From the human T2T-CHM13v2.0 reference genome, Homo sapiens, in the NCBI RefSeq assembly GCF_009914755.1, contig NC_060941.1: a stretch of DNA of 64,000 nucleotides, one strand, 5' to 3'. Position 1 is the first letter of the stretch; the number at the start of each line of letters is the position of its first letter. The notes under the pieces are model-generated. The model saw only the letters and a program-made list of their open reading frames with translations, did not search any database and was not told where the DNA came from. Shown here piece after piece: positions 1 through 16,292 of the stretch. The translations under genes were made by a program, and so were the position numbers.

Positions 1-2561
1 GGGCACGTGGGGCCCAGGAGTGGCTTCTCTCCAGCCAGGGGTCAATGGAGCCTCTGTGTGAGCTCAGGACAGCAAGTTACTTGTTACTGCTGGGATTTCT
101 GAGATTTCTCTGTTCAAATTCTGCACTGGATCTGTATGAGCAGGGCTGCCCTGGAGAGCAGACAAAGGGACTCACCAGAGGGGAAGCTCTGAGTAGAGCA
201 GAGAGCTGAGGACCTGGAGTCTAGCAAACCCGGGTCCTGGTCTGGCTCTGCCTCTGCCACTCACTGGGAAAGAGCCTCTGAGCCTGCCTTTTCCCATTTG
301 TAGAATAGATCCAAAGGATCCTCTCTTTAGGGTTGTTGCAAGGATCAAAAAAAGTATTTGAATATTTTTGATGTCTCTTAATGTTCTTCCACCAGGTAAA
401 CTCCTCTGCATCCTTTGTGAGCCTTTATCTGCTCAAGCCAGGCAGAGTGAGTCAGCCTTTTTCAGAGCTCCCACAGTGCCTTGCCCAGGCCTCTCTCGTA
501 GTACAGACCGCCACACTGCATTACAGCTGAGCAACCCGGGTAGTCGTGTATGAGTGTGCAGGTTGTATACTGTACAATGGTGCCTAGCTGAGAGATGATG
601 GAGACTGAAATCTGGCCCGGACTTTGCCCACCAAGGCCTGGCATGGGTGCACCCATCCAGAAGAAGAGGCTCCTTTATCTGATTGGCACAACAGCTCTGT
701 ATGGGCTAGCATGGACTGTGGAGTCAGGCAGATCTGTATTTGAATCCTGACTCTGTGGTTTACTAAGTATGAGTACCCGGGGAAACTACTCACCCTCTCC
801 AAGCTTCAGTCCCCATATTTGTAATGTCGGAATAATACGGGGTGCCAAATAACTATGATGGCACCCTTTTTTACTGTTTTTACACTTCTGTCTCCACTTG
901 TAAGCTCCATGAGGCCTGGGACCATGGTCATGGACTGTGCCCAGCACAGCACTGGGCATGTGAGGGACGCAGGTGGATGGTGAGTGTGTACCCCTGCTGA
1001 GCCAGCTCCCACCACGGGTGCTGTGCACTCCCCTGTGCAGGTGCATCCTCAGGGACTGGGAGAGAGACAGGTGAGAGTGGCCACAAAATAATCTGACATC
1101 GTGATCCTGTCTTGGGCTCACAATGTGCACCAGGCGCCTAACCCTGGCCTACATTTACAGAGCTCCTGGGCCATTGAGAAGAACTAGGTCCAAGCTTTGT
1201 AGGCATGGAGAGAATGGGGATAGAGAATGGTTGGAAAAGGTTCATCTGGGATGGCCTGCTGGAGGGGGCGAGCTTTAAGCTAGATTTTGACTATGAGACA
1301 ACAGAGCTCAGGAATGTGAGGTGGGGGGACCCTATAGATGGAAGTTCACACCACCTGGCCTGGTCTGAACCTAGATCCTCCCCAGCCATCTGCCCTCTGA
1401 CAGGGCCTACAACCCCTGTGCCGTGGTCTGGCCTGGTTTACCTCACCAGCCCACAGGGCTCCTGCCTTCGGGTTTAGCCTGATGTCTACTGCTGGGCCTA
1501 GAGTCCCAGGAATACACTGATAATCCCCACACCAGCAAACATAGGGACAGCTGAGGTGTGGGCTTGGGAGAGCCATATCTCTAGGACTTCTCCCCGTAAG
1601 AAGGGTCTACAGTTGGCCGTGGAAGGCAGGTGGGAGGTAACGGAGGCCTCGGGAGGCCAGGAGTCAGCAAGGCCACCTCTGGTCTCCGAGTCAGGCTGAC
1701 CACTGGGTGAGGCTGCCAGAGCTCTACCCAGTATGTGTCAGAGAAGCTTCAGGCCGCTGAGGATAGAGCTGGTCCCCAGGTGGAGCTCTGCAGCCAGTCT
1801 TTGGGCTTGCTGGGCATTCCAGGTCCTGTGAAGGCCCTCGGGAGTGGTGACCTTCCCCAGGCACAGCTTGGGTTTTGGCTCTGGGTGCCTCTCTGCAAAC
1901 CCATCTAACCAAGGGCTGCCTGCCTCTTCCCAAGCTAGCGTGTCTGAGGGTGCTACCTCCTGCTCATCTTTTGATTCTCACCCAGACTTCACCTACTCCA
2001 GGAAGCCTTCCTTGACCTCTGACCTCCCTGGGACTGGATTGGGCTCCCTCTTGTGTGCTCCCACAGCAACCATCACTCTGAACTGTGATTGCTGGTTACT
2101 AATCTGTCTTGAGCACCACCGTATCCCTCCCTGTGCCTGGTAATGAGCCTGACACTTAGTAGTTGCTCAGTAAATTGTGATGGATGGATGATGAGTGAGT
2201 AGATGAAGGAAGGTATAGTGAACACAAATACGGGCTCTGGAGCCTTACTGAGTGTGAACTTGATGGATTCCTAAAGCTCTCGGTGTCTCAGTTTCCTAAT
2301 CCAATAGAATGGGGATGTTAATAGTCCTTATCTAACGGGAAGACTGGTGATCATCAAATGAGCCAAAAGACGTGAAGGGCTGAGAATAATAACCCCTGAC
2401 ACCTAACAAGACCTTGGTGAATGTTGCTTCTTATTAACAATTATAGGAGAAAGGGAAATGCGGGGTCAGGCCTGGTGCAAGGAACATGCTGGCTGGGAAG
2501 TGGGTGGGGAGCTCCGCTGGGCCCCAGCTCTGACCCTCTCCCCACTCCATTTCCTGCACAG

Positions 2562-2786
2562 ATGAGCAACAAGCGTTCCAACAGCTTCCGCCAAGCCATC
2601 CTGCAGGGCAACCGCAGGCTAAGCAGCAAGGCCCTGCTGGAGGAGAAGGGGCTGAGCCTCTCGCAGCGACTTATCCGCCATGTGGCCTATGAGACCCTGC
2701 CCCGGGAAATTGACCGCAAGTGGTACTATGACAGCTACACCTGCTGCCCCCCACCCTGGTTCATGATCACAGTCACGCTGCTGGAG
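2562..2786 (+). CDS. RHBDL3: RHBDL3 internal coding exon (MSNKRSNSF...MITVTLLE, 225 nt), cytosolic region leading into the first TM helix
   Basis: Pyrimidine tract and cacAG acceptor at 2560-2561. The 75 codons match the recalled RHBDL3 protein. The exon ends at a GC donor (GAG|GCAAGG) and joins the next exon in phase 0 (LLE|VAFF). Confidence 0.95.
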
Positions 2787-4474
2787 GCAAGGACAAGGGT
2801 GGGGAGGGGGTTGCTCTGCCTTGGGGAGTGGCGGGTATGGGGAGAGGAGCCAAGAGGATGACACACAGATCATGGGGGAAGAGGGACATTTCTTTTCCAT
2901 TGAAGGGCAATGGTTGAGGATCAAATAATAGTTGTATTGCAAATCAGACTCTGTTGCGGTGCATACCAGTGTTGTAACCGTGGACTGCAAAGAGATATTC
3001 CAAAGATTATTACTTCAAACAATACTTACTGCAGCCAAATCCCCGTAGGACCACTACCCCCCACCCACCCCAAAACAACAGCAATAAAAACAATGTCATA
3101 AGTTCATTGACTTGGGAGATCTAGCCAGGCTAACTCATTAAAGCCAGTTTATTTAGTTCCTCCCTAGGTGGGTAATGTGGACCAGTCATTTGCTCCTTTT
3201 TCCCGCCTGAAAATCAGAAATAACCAGACCTGCCTTCCCTCTCCCAGGACACCTTTATTTAAAGTGAGAGAATGGCTACTGGTGCTTTCTGAACACAAAA
3301 GCATCACACAAACACATCTGGGAGGGAGTGTGAACAGGTAAATATGGGCTTAACATTTTTAAAGAACATTCTCCCCTTAGGGAATCCTCTGTGCCTATTG
3401 TTATGCTAAATTCTACTGCTTATGCAACAGAATCCAAAGGTACCCCTTGCTGCGTTGGTGCCCATGTGTGATAAAACTCAATTCTTTTGGGTCCTCCACT
3501 CAACAACCTGTGCAGCCCACCCCAGCTGCAGCTCCTGAATGGATGCTTGGCTTCACTTTGGGATTTTATGATCTCCGCTGTTTCTCTTCCAAAGCCACGG
3601 GCCTAATTACCGCCTCTGCATATGTTCTTGTAAAGTTCCTGCCTAATCAAAAGCTTCGCGGCATCCTTCTTTTCTTCTAAGTCAGAATATCTGGTCTGCA
3701 GGCCAGCATTCCCCTGTTTGTTGTTATGGCTTCATCCAAGTACATGTTGAAGTTGCGATTTTTCTGAGATATTCTTGGACTCGTTCTTCAAGCGCTTACT
3801 GTGCTGGTCTATTTATTAACTTCTGTTTGAGGCCCAATAATAACGAGATGCCTTGGAAGCAGGATTTGCTACCAGGCCACCCTCATGGTATTAGGTGGAC
3901 AGAACGGCTCCTCAGAGAGCCCAGGAGAATACAGCTACCAGGGGCCTAAGCCATTCCCAGGCTGAGCCCAGAAGATTTTAACCCAACACGAATTATAGCT
4001 TCCTTCTCTAAGTGTGTGCCGGGCAGGGGGCTGGCTCTTTGTGTATAGTTTATCACTTTTAAACCTCCTGGCCACTCTGGAAGTCTAGGTATCGGTACCC
4101 ATTTCCAGATAAAGAAACTGAGGGCCAGAGAATTCAGTTTGCCCAGGTTGATCAAGAGGAGCAATTTTGTGTCCAGATTGGTTCAGATGAACCTCAGCTA
4201 TGTAAACCCGAACCACCAATCTAGAAGAAACTGGGAAGTGATCAAATAGCTGAAATAACGATCTCGAAGCCCTGGGGCTACAATGCCCAAGGCTTTTGTC
4301 TTCTATACAGTTCTGGTAACCTGGCTTTCGGATTTCATAATGAATAGAAAATAGGAGGGACATGGTGTAAAGCAACAAAGGGGTCCACTACCAGCAAGCA
4401 ATAAGAAACAGCAGCCGACAGCCTGGCAGTGAAGGAAGTGACAAAAGAAAAGTTTAAAGCAGACCTGAATCTTA

Positions 4475-4603
<129 letters not shown>

Positions 4604-4771
4604 CTACAAAATATCAAAAAATTAGCCAGGCATGGTGGTACATGCCTGTGGTCCTAGCTACGTGGGAGGCTGTGGCAAGAGGATCGCTTCAGCCCAGGAG
4701 GTCAAGGCTGTAGTGAGCTGTGTCCATGCCACATCACTCCAGCCTGAGTGACAGAGCGAGACCCTGTCTCA

Positions 4772-5185
<414 letters not shown>

Positions 5186-5315
5186 TCACGCCTGTAATTC
5201 CAGCACCTTGGGAGGCCGAGGCGGGTGGGTCATTGAGGTCAGGATTTCAAGACCAGCCTGGGCAACGTGGTAAAACCCCGTCTCTACTAAAAATACAAAA
5301 ATTAGTCGTGTATCA

Positions 5316-5444
<129 letters not shown>

Positions 5445-5562
5445 TTATTTCAAAACAAAAACAAACAAAAAATGTCATCTTCCTGGGGTTGCTGGAGAAA
5501 CAAATCACTCTTATAGCCCAGATCAATACCTGAGATATTCCTTTTTTTTTTTTTTTTTTTAG

Positions 5563-5820
<258 letters not shown>

Positions 5821-5994
5821 TGAGCCACTGTGCCCAGCCCATACCTGAGATATTCTTAAACAGTTATGCATATGCCCTGATTAAGAACACAGGGACGTAA
5901 ATGATACATTTTAGAAGGAGTCCCAGAAAAAAAAAAGAGTTAAATACCCTTTTAGAGATTAAACAAGTATGCTTCAGTCACGTTTGCAAAATCA

Positions 5995-7420
<1,426 letters not shown>

Positions 7421-7696
7421 AATCAAGCTATGTGGAATTCGTCATCTCCCAAGTGGGTGCGTGAGTTATTACTGGAATTAAAGTTCAAAATCCTCCAAAT
7501 CCTTTCTGCTTAGCACGGAGGAAGTGTGGACAAAGAGACCCCAGGACCATGTTGCGGCCATTTGACACAAAATAAGCAAACAGAAGTGGGTGAGGGGTGG
7601 TTAAAAGCTCAGCTGAGACAGGCACAGTGGCTCACGCCTGTAATTGTAGCACTTTGGGAGGCCAAGGCGGGTGGATCACCTGAGGTCAGGAGTTCA

Positions 7697-8212
<516 letters not shown>

Positions 8213-9715
8213 GTGAGTACCTGTCTTCTTTTGCTCTGTCAAAAGACCCTACAGAAAAATAAGTGGTCAAGATAGCCTGGATTGAAATATAGTTTTTAGT
8301 TTATTTTTATCTATTTGGACATAGGATTTGGGATGGCTGCTTGAAACTCATTTAATACCAAAATATACAAGTAAATTATTGAGAGTGAATGGGAAAGGGG
8401 AAAATATATAAGAAGGAAAATGCTAAAAGCCAGCAGTGAGAACAGCACACACATACACAGCATTTGATTCTATGTACTTGCTAGACGTGGCTTGAAAATT
8501 TATTCTAGTGCTTCCTAGTGGCTTCCTAGAGCTTTTGCTTTGGCCACTAGAGCAAAAAGGGAGTCAAGCCACCAGATTTATTGTCCATAACTGTGTGTGA
8601 GTGCCTCCCAGTGTGGTCTCCATATATAGAGAGGGTCTTCTTGAGGAACTCTGACGATAATTATAGTTTCTGTTTATAGAACCCTGTAGCCTGTTTTGGG
8701 GCTGCAGCACAATCGGTTCTCACTGGTGCCTCCCACTTCATGATAAGGGCCTACCAGCTGGCCAGGTGACCACCCAGGTCCATATCCCTTGAAGAGCAGT
8801 CTGGAGGCTTTTATATGGTAGAAGCACTTTGATGGGAGAGGAGAGACCCCAGACACCAGGCCTCTGTGGTGTCTTCTCTTCTGTAGCCTCTCCAGAGAAG
8901 TGAAGGAGCTCACAGTTAGCCTGGGGAAAACCGTGGGGGTGCCTGGCCCTGGAGTGGGAACTGGGAAGGGGGTCACTCTGGCCCCAATGACGCCATAATT
9001 CCCATTGCTCAGCAGAAAGACCCACAATGGCCAAGAGGGAGTTGTCCCATGAGCCTCCCTTCCCCTTAGCCTCTAAAGCAGGTGCAAGAGCTAATCCCAA
9101 ATTGGCTGCACCTGCGGGGGAGGGTGCTTTCGGGTGAAGAGACCTGAATGAACGCCTCTGCTCAGGCCAAAGAGGACCATTGGTACATGCTGCTTACCTT
9201 GTCTGGCTTGCCCCAGGCTTCGATCTTACAGGGCTAAGGAGCAGCGGGATGGCTGTCATGCTTCACTCACATCCACTCATGAGCCAGGGGTGACAACAGA
9301 CACGGGGGCTTCCCTGCCCAGGCATCCCAAGCCAGTGGCTGCACGTGGGTTGGGACTGTCTGCCTTCTTTCCAGGACTGCCCCCTGACCTCTCTTGGTGC
9401 CTCAGGGTGAGGAAGGAGAATAGCCAAAGCCTCCTTGCTCCATCCTCTGCCTCCTGGAGCCAAAAGCAGTGAGCTGAGGGCATCTGAGCCCTGTCCCAGG
9501 AGCTTCCCAGGGGATGTCAGCTCAATTTAAATGAGACAGTGGGTGTTAAAGTGCTGTATAAAGTTGGAAGCACCTGATTGATTTAGTAATAGTCATGTTA
9601 CAGTCTTTTCTGGTCACATGCACACAGCTAGATGCCCCACAATTTTAGCAGCAAGATGTAGTCACAGGTAGTATAGGGAGGAAGGTGTTCACAGGGTCAG
9701 AAAACCTGGGGTCCA

Positions 9716-10043
9716 GCCGGGCGCGGTGGCTCACGCCTGTAATCCCAGCACTTTGGGGGGCCAAGGCAGGCGGATCACGAGGTCAGGAGATCAAGACCAT
9801 CCTGGCTAACATGGTGAAACCCCGTCTCTACTGAAAAATACAAAAAAATTAGCCAGGCCTGGTGGCAGGCGCCTGTAGTCCCACCTACTCGGGAGGCTGA
9901 GGCAGGAGAATGGCATGAACCCAGGAGGCAGAGCTTGCAGTGAGCCGAGATCACACCACCGCATGGATGGTGTGAGAGAGACTGCCTGGATGACAGAAAG
10001 AGACTCCATCTCAAAAAAAAAAAAAAAAGAAAAAAGAAAAAAA
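9716..10043 (+). mobile_element. AluY-like element with TSD cagaaaacctggg
   Basis: Full dimer with the AluY diagnostics accatcctggctaac and gaatggc, an A tail and a TSD. Confidence 0.85.
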
Positions 10044-10096
10044 ACAGAAAACCTGGGATCCCATATCCTAGTCCTGAGGGTTTTGGAGCAGAATAG

Positions 10097-10403
<307 letters not shown>

Positions 10404-10530
10404 TAGATCTCTTCTTATACCAGTAAAGAGAAACCTCTCTTATGAGACTTTAAGGGAAAGCTTTGAATTATTAAGTTATAAGATGTATATTTAATGCCTG
10501 CACTTGTTTTGAGAACATATTTTTCTTTAA

Positions 10531-10749
<219 letters not shown>

Positions 10750-10921
10750 TAGTAGCTGGGAGTACAGGCACCTGCCACCATGCCTAATTTTCATATTTTT
10801 AGTAAAGACGGGGTTTCACCACGCTGGCCAGGCTGGTCTCGAACTCCTGACCTCAGGTGATCCACCTGTCTGGGCCTCCTGCAGTGCTAGGATTACAGGC
10901 ATGAGCCACCACGCCTGGCTA

Positions 10922-11368
<447 letters not shown>

Positions 11369-11420
11369 TCACTATCTCTGAACCTTGGTTTTTCACATGT
11401 TAACTGATGGAGTTGCTGGA

Positions 11421-11451
<31 letters not shown>

Positions 11452-11679
11452 CAGAGATGGTATCTCACTATGTTGCCTAGGCTGATCTTGAACTCCTGGG
11501 TTCAAGTGGTCCTCCCACCCTGGCCTCTCAAAGTGTTGGGCTTACAGGTGTGGGCCACTGCGCCCAGCCTAGTTGCTGGATCTTGACTGTGGTTAGTCTG
11601 TCTCACTGTGCCAAGTGAAATGCTGCCAGTCACGCCCAGGCCTTGCACATCTGTTCCTGTCCCATCTGGAAGGAACACT

Positions 11680-11840
11680 CTTTCCAAGATGGTCTGTCTG
11701 AATTGTCATTCCTTCCCCTAGACCATGAGCTCCTCGCAGGCAGAGGTGGTCTTGTTCATTGCTGGATCCCTGGCATCTTGGGGGATGCAGGTGTTTGTTG
11801 AATGAATGAATGAATGAATGAATGAATAGATGAATGAGTG
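11680..11840 (+). mobile_element. L2 3' end with a (TGAA)n tail abutting an RHBDL3 acceptor
   Basis: tagaccatgagctcctcgcaggcagagg...gtttgttgaatgaatgaatg is typical of an L2 terminus. Confidence 0.6.
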
Positions 11841-11861
11841 AGTGTGGTCTCTCTGTCACAG

Positions 11862-11974
11862 GATAGAACACCTGGGACTCAATGTGGTGCTGCAGCTGCT
11901 GGTGGGGGTGCCCCTGGAGATGGTGCATGGAGCCACCCGAATTGGGCTTGTCTACGTGGCCGGTGTTGTGGCAG
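11862..11974 (+). CDS. RHBDL3: RHBDL3 coding exon ([23 protein letters not shown]...VAGVVA, 113 nt), containing the HxxxN motif
   Basis: gtcacAG acceptor and CAG|GTAGGC donor. Contains the HLGLN and GxxLE rhomboid motifs. Phases close on both sides. Confidence 0.97.
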
Positions 11975-13956
11975 GTAGGCAGGTAGGCCCCGTGTCCACA
12001 AAGGCACACTGCCCCAGGGTGGGGTGGGAGACCCTGTGGGGCGGGGCAAGCCCCAGGTTTCCAGGACACACAGAAGATCCTCATCTCCAAGGCTCCTGAC
12101 TTAACCAGGCTGTCCTCCAGGCACACCCACCTCCCTATGAGGCTGGAGAACGGACTGCTGCCCATAGAGGGAGGTGTGTGGCAGGACGGGGGAGGAGAGC
12201 ACTGGATTTGGGACAGGCTGGACAACCGACTCTCGGTCTCACACCACCATGTGGTAGCTCTCTGAGCTTGGGGAAATTTCCTAACCTCTTTTGGCCATGT
12301 TAAGCTTTAAGAGGGAACTAATGAGATCTGCCTGTAGGGTTGCCAGGAGGGCAGAGTGAGTGAGGCAACAGATGGAACAACAGTGCTCCGAAAACTGCAA
12401 GGGCACAGTGAGATCCCCACAGGGGAATCAAAGGGGTGAGTGGAGCCAGGTACCACCCTGGCCACGTAGCACCTGTCCCCAAAAAGAGAGCTGGCTGCTA
12501 CCCAGACCAACCGCAGTCCCCTTGCCTGACCCACTGCTGACAGGGAGTCTGACCTAAGAGGCAGTGAGCCCTGGCTCCATCTGAAGGCATCTGGGCCTCC
12601 AGCTGAGTGGGCACACGTGTGGCCAGTGATCATCCTTCATGGATAGTGGCCAGAGTGACTCCCAGTGAGCCTTCCACCTTCTGCCCCCTCCCCAGTGGGA
12701 GGTGAGGTGGGTGAAGTTAGCTGGGGAGAGCACGGATTTCTGCAGGAAGCGTCTGCCAGCCAGGCCTCTGAACATGAGGATCTCCCTCGTGATGTCTCCA
12801 ACTTTATTGCCGGCTGTTTTTTTTTTTTTTTTTAACAAGGTTTGCCGCCTCAGCTCTTCAGCTTGACAGCTGTGCCCAAGGGAGCTTTGTGTGTATGTTT
12901 AAGTAAGATCTTAATCCTTTCTGAGTGGTATTAAAGTTGTCATCAGGAGAGCCGGGCAGCGTCAGCCTTGTAAACAACAGGCAGGCAGGGACCCTGGGAG
13001 TAACTGAAGTGGTTTCAGAAATCAAAGAGGAAGGGTCCCACCCCACCCACACGAGGCTGGTCTGCTAGTGCATGAACCCTTGGCCTGGGAGATTCACCCT
13101 GCACCATCTCCTTTGCTCCTGTATGCGCTGAGGTTAAAATCGTTGGCCACCTTGGTCAGCACCCCTGCAAGCCCCTCCCAGAATCCAAGGCTCACCACGT
13201 CCTTGAATAAAGGGCTAATGAGCATCTCTAAGTGCCAGACTTGTTCAGCCACCCACACACCCCCTAATCCTGACATCTGAGGATTGATAGCCTCATTTTC
13301 CATACCTCAATACCCAGAGACCCAGATGTTAAATAGCAAGGAACAGGGAAGACATTAATAACATTTGCAGTTAGTATTCAATTAGATGGGAATGCCAATA
13401 ACCTAGAAGACAAAAATAAGATTCAAATGGACTCAGACCTCACCCAAACCAGGTGACATGCAGTGGGGAGACAGAGTAGGTGTCACCTCCCCAGTGACAC
13501 CAGTGCAGAGTGGGAAGATTCAAACAGAAGCAGAGCTCATCACCTGAATGTGAGCATGTAGGGCTGTATCATTGAGCACATGGCGTGCACTGTTCTGTCT
13601 GAGTCAGTGATTAAGACCAGAGGGCACTCTGGTCACCACACATGTCATTGATCTCCATGATTGAGTTGATTGATCTGTCTCTGCTGTCTACCCTTTCCTG
13701 TCCTCCCAAGCTTTCCTCTGAGAGGTGAGCCGGTTTACAGCCAGCCAGCCCTAGATTGGACGGGTGGCACTTATCAGTGCCTACCATATGCAGGCCGTAA
13801 TTCATCCACACAGCAACGCTACGAGGTGGGCACTGCTGCTCTCCCCCAGCACAGATATGGAAACCAAGGCTTAGATGGCTAAGTGGCTCGCCCAAGAAGA
13901 CACAGCTAGAAAGTGGTGGAGCTGGGCAGGGTCTGACCCCCAAGGCTGTGATCTCA

Positions 13957-14523
<567 letters not shown>

Positions 14524-16082
14524 CTATATGGTGGGTACTACCACTCCCATTTTACAGGCAGCCCAGGGAGGTGAAATGACTTGCAGATTTGCTTACCTGA
14601 AAAGTACTAGAACTAGGGAGGAGCCCTTCCCAAGCCCTGTGCTTCTTTCCTTTTTTTTTTTTGATTTTGAGACGGAGTCTCACTGTGTCACCCAGGCTGG
14701 AGTGCAGTGGCATGATCTCGGCTCACTGCAACCTCCGCCTCTTGCGTTCAAGCAATTCTCTGCCTCAGCCTCCTGAATAGCTGGGATTGCAGGTGCCCAC
14801 CACCGCGCCCGGCTAATTTTTTTGTATTTTTAGTAGAGACGGGGTTTCACCGTCTTGGCCAGGTTAGTATTGAACTCCTGACCTCATGATCCACCCGCCT
14901 TGGCCTCCCAAAGTGCTGGGATTACAGGCGTGAGCCACTGCGCCTGGCAGCCCCCTGTGCTTCTTTCTAACCAATGCTTGAGGCCAATGTGAAAATCACT
15001 TATGGCTAGCAATTATATGGCACACAATGTAGGTATTTTAAAAACCAGTATCTTGGGCCGGGCAAAGTGGCTCACTCCTGTAATCCCAGCACTTTGGGAG
15101 GCTGAGGTGAGGGGATTGCTTGTGGCCAGAAGTCAAGACCAGCCTGGGCAACATAGTGAGACCCCCATCTCTACCAAAAAAAAAAAAATCAATATCACCA
15201 ATCTTATATTATAGATTATATAGATTACTAACCACGTGTGCATCCCCAGGGCCTAGCACAGGGCTTGGCACATGTTAGGCAATAAATATTTATAGAATAA
15301 AGGAAAGTTGGCGGGCATGGTGGCTCACACCTGTAATCCCAGCACTTTGGGAGGCCGAGGCGAGCAGATCACATGAGATGGGGAGTTTGAGACCAGCCTG
15401 GCCAACATGGTGAAACCCTGTCTCTACTGAAAATACAAAAATTAGCTGGGCATGATGGCAGCCACCTGTAATCCCAGCTACTCAGGAAGCTGAGGCAGGA
15501 GAATTGCTTGAACCCAGGAGGCGGTGGTTGCAGTGAGCAGAAATCTCATCATTGCACCCCAGCCTGGGCAACAAGAGTGAAACTCTGCCTCAAAAAAAAA
15601 AAGGAAAGATACGTAAATAAAGTTACATTACTTAAAGATAAATGTTCTGCCAATTTTTATTTGGATTTTTTTTAAGGCCAAAGAAGATGTTGAAGAACAC
15701 CTGCTTTAAAATTTTCTGGGCTAAAATTATCACAGCTGTACCTTATGGCAAAGTTGCCAGTTTATCTGTGTGCTGGCATGACCTCAGAATTTTGGGGTGC
15801 AGGATACAGAATTTGTAATCCTGATGAGAACTAAGGCCCATGGTTTGCCTCTGTGCAGAGGTGTGGCATGTCACTCCAGTTTGCCATTCTCTCCTAGTCC
15901 TCTGCCTCCATGACCTCTGTGGAATTCATACTGGTCTTATCTGCCTGTACCTGTTAGGATTGTTCAGAGCTCTGGAGGGGATTCCTCCCTGGCCCACACT
16001 TCCTGCCCGGGGAGGGCCTTTATTACTGTGTTTATGTGTACACAGCCCCATGTTTGTCTTTGGTCTCTCCCAGTTGCTCTAG

Positions 16083-16292
<210 letters not shown>

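Noticed and set aside
2421-2861. 146-aa ORF extending both sides of the RHBDL3 exon
   Set aside because: Only 2562-2786 is bounded by splice signals and matches the protein; the flanks are intronic read-through.
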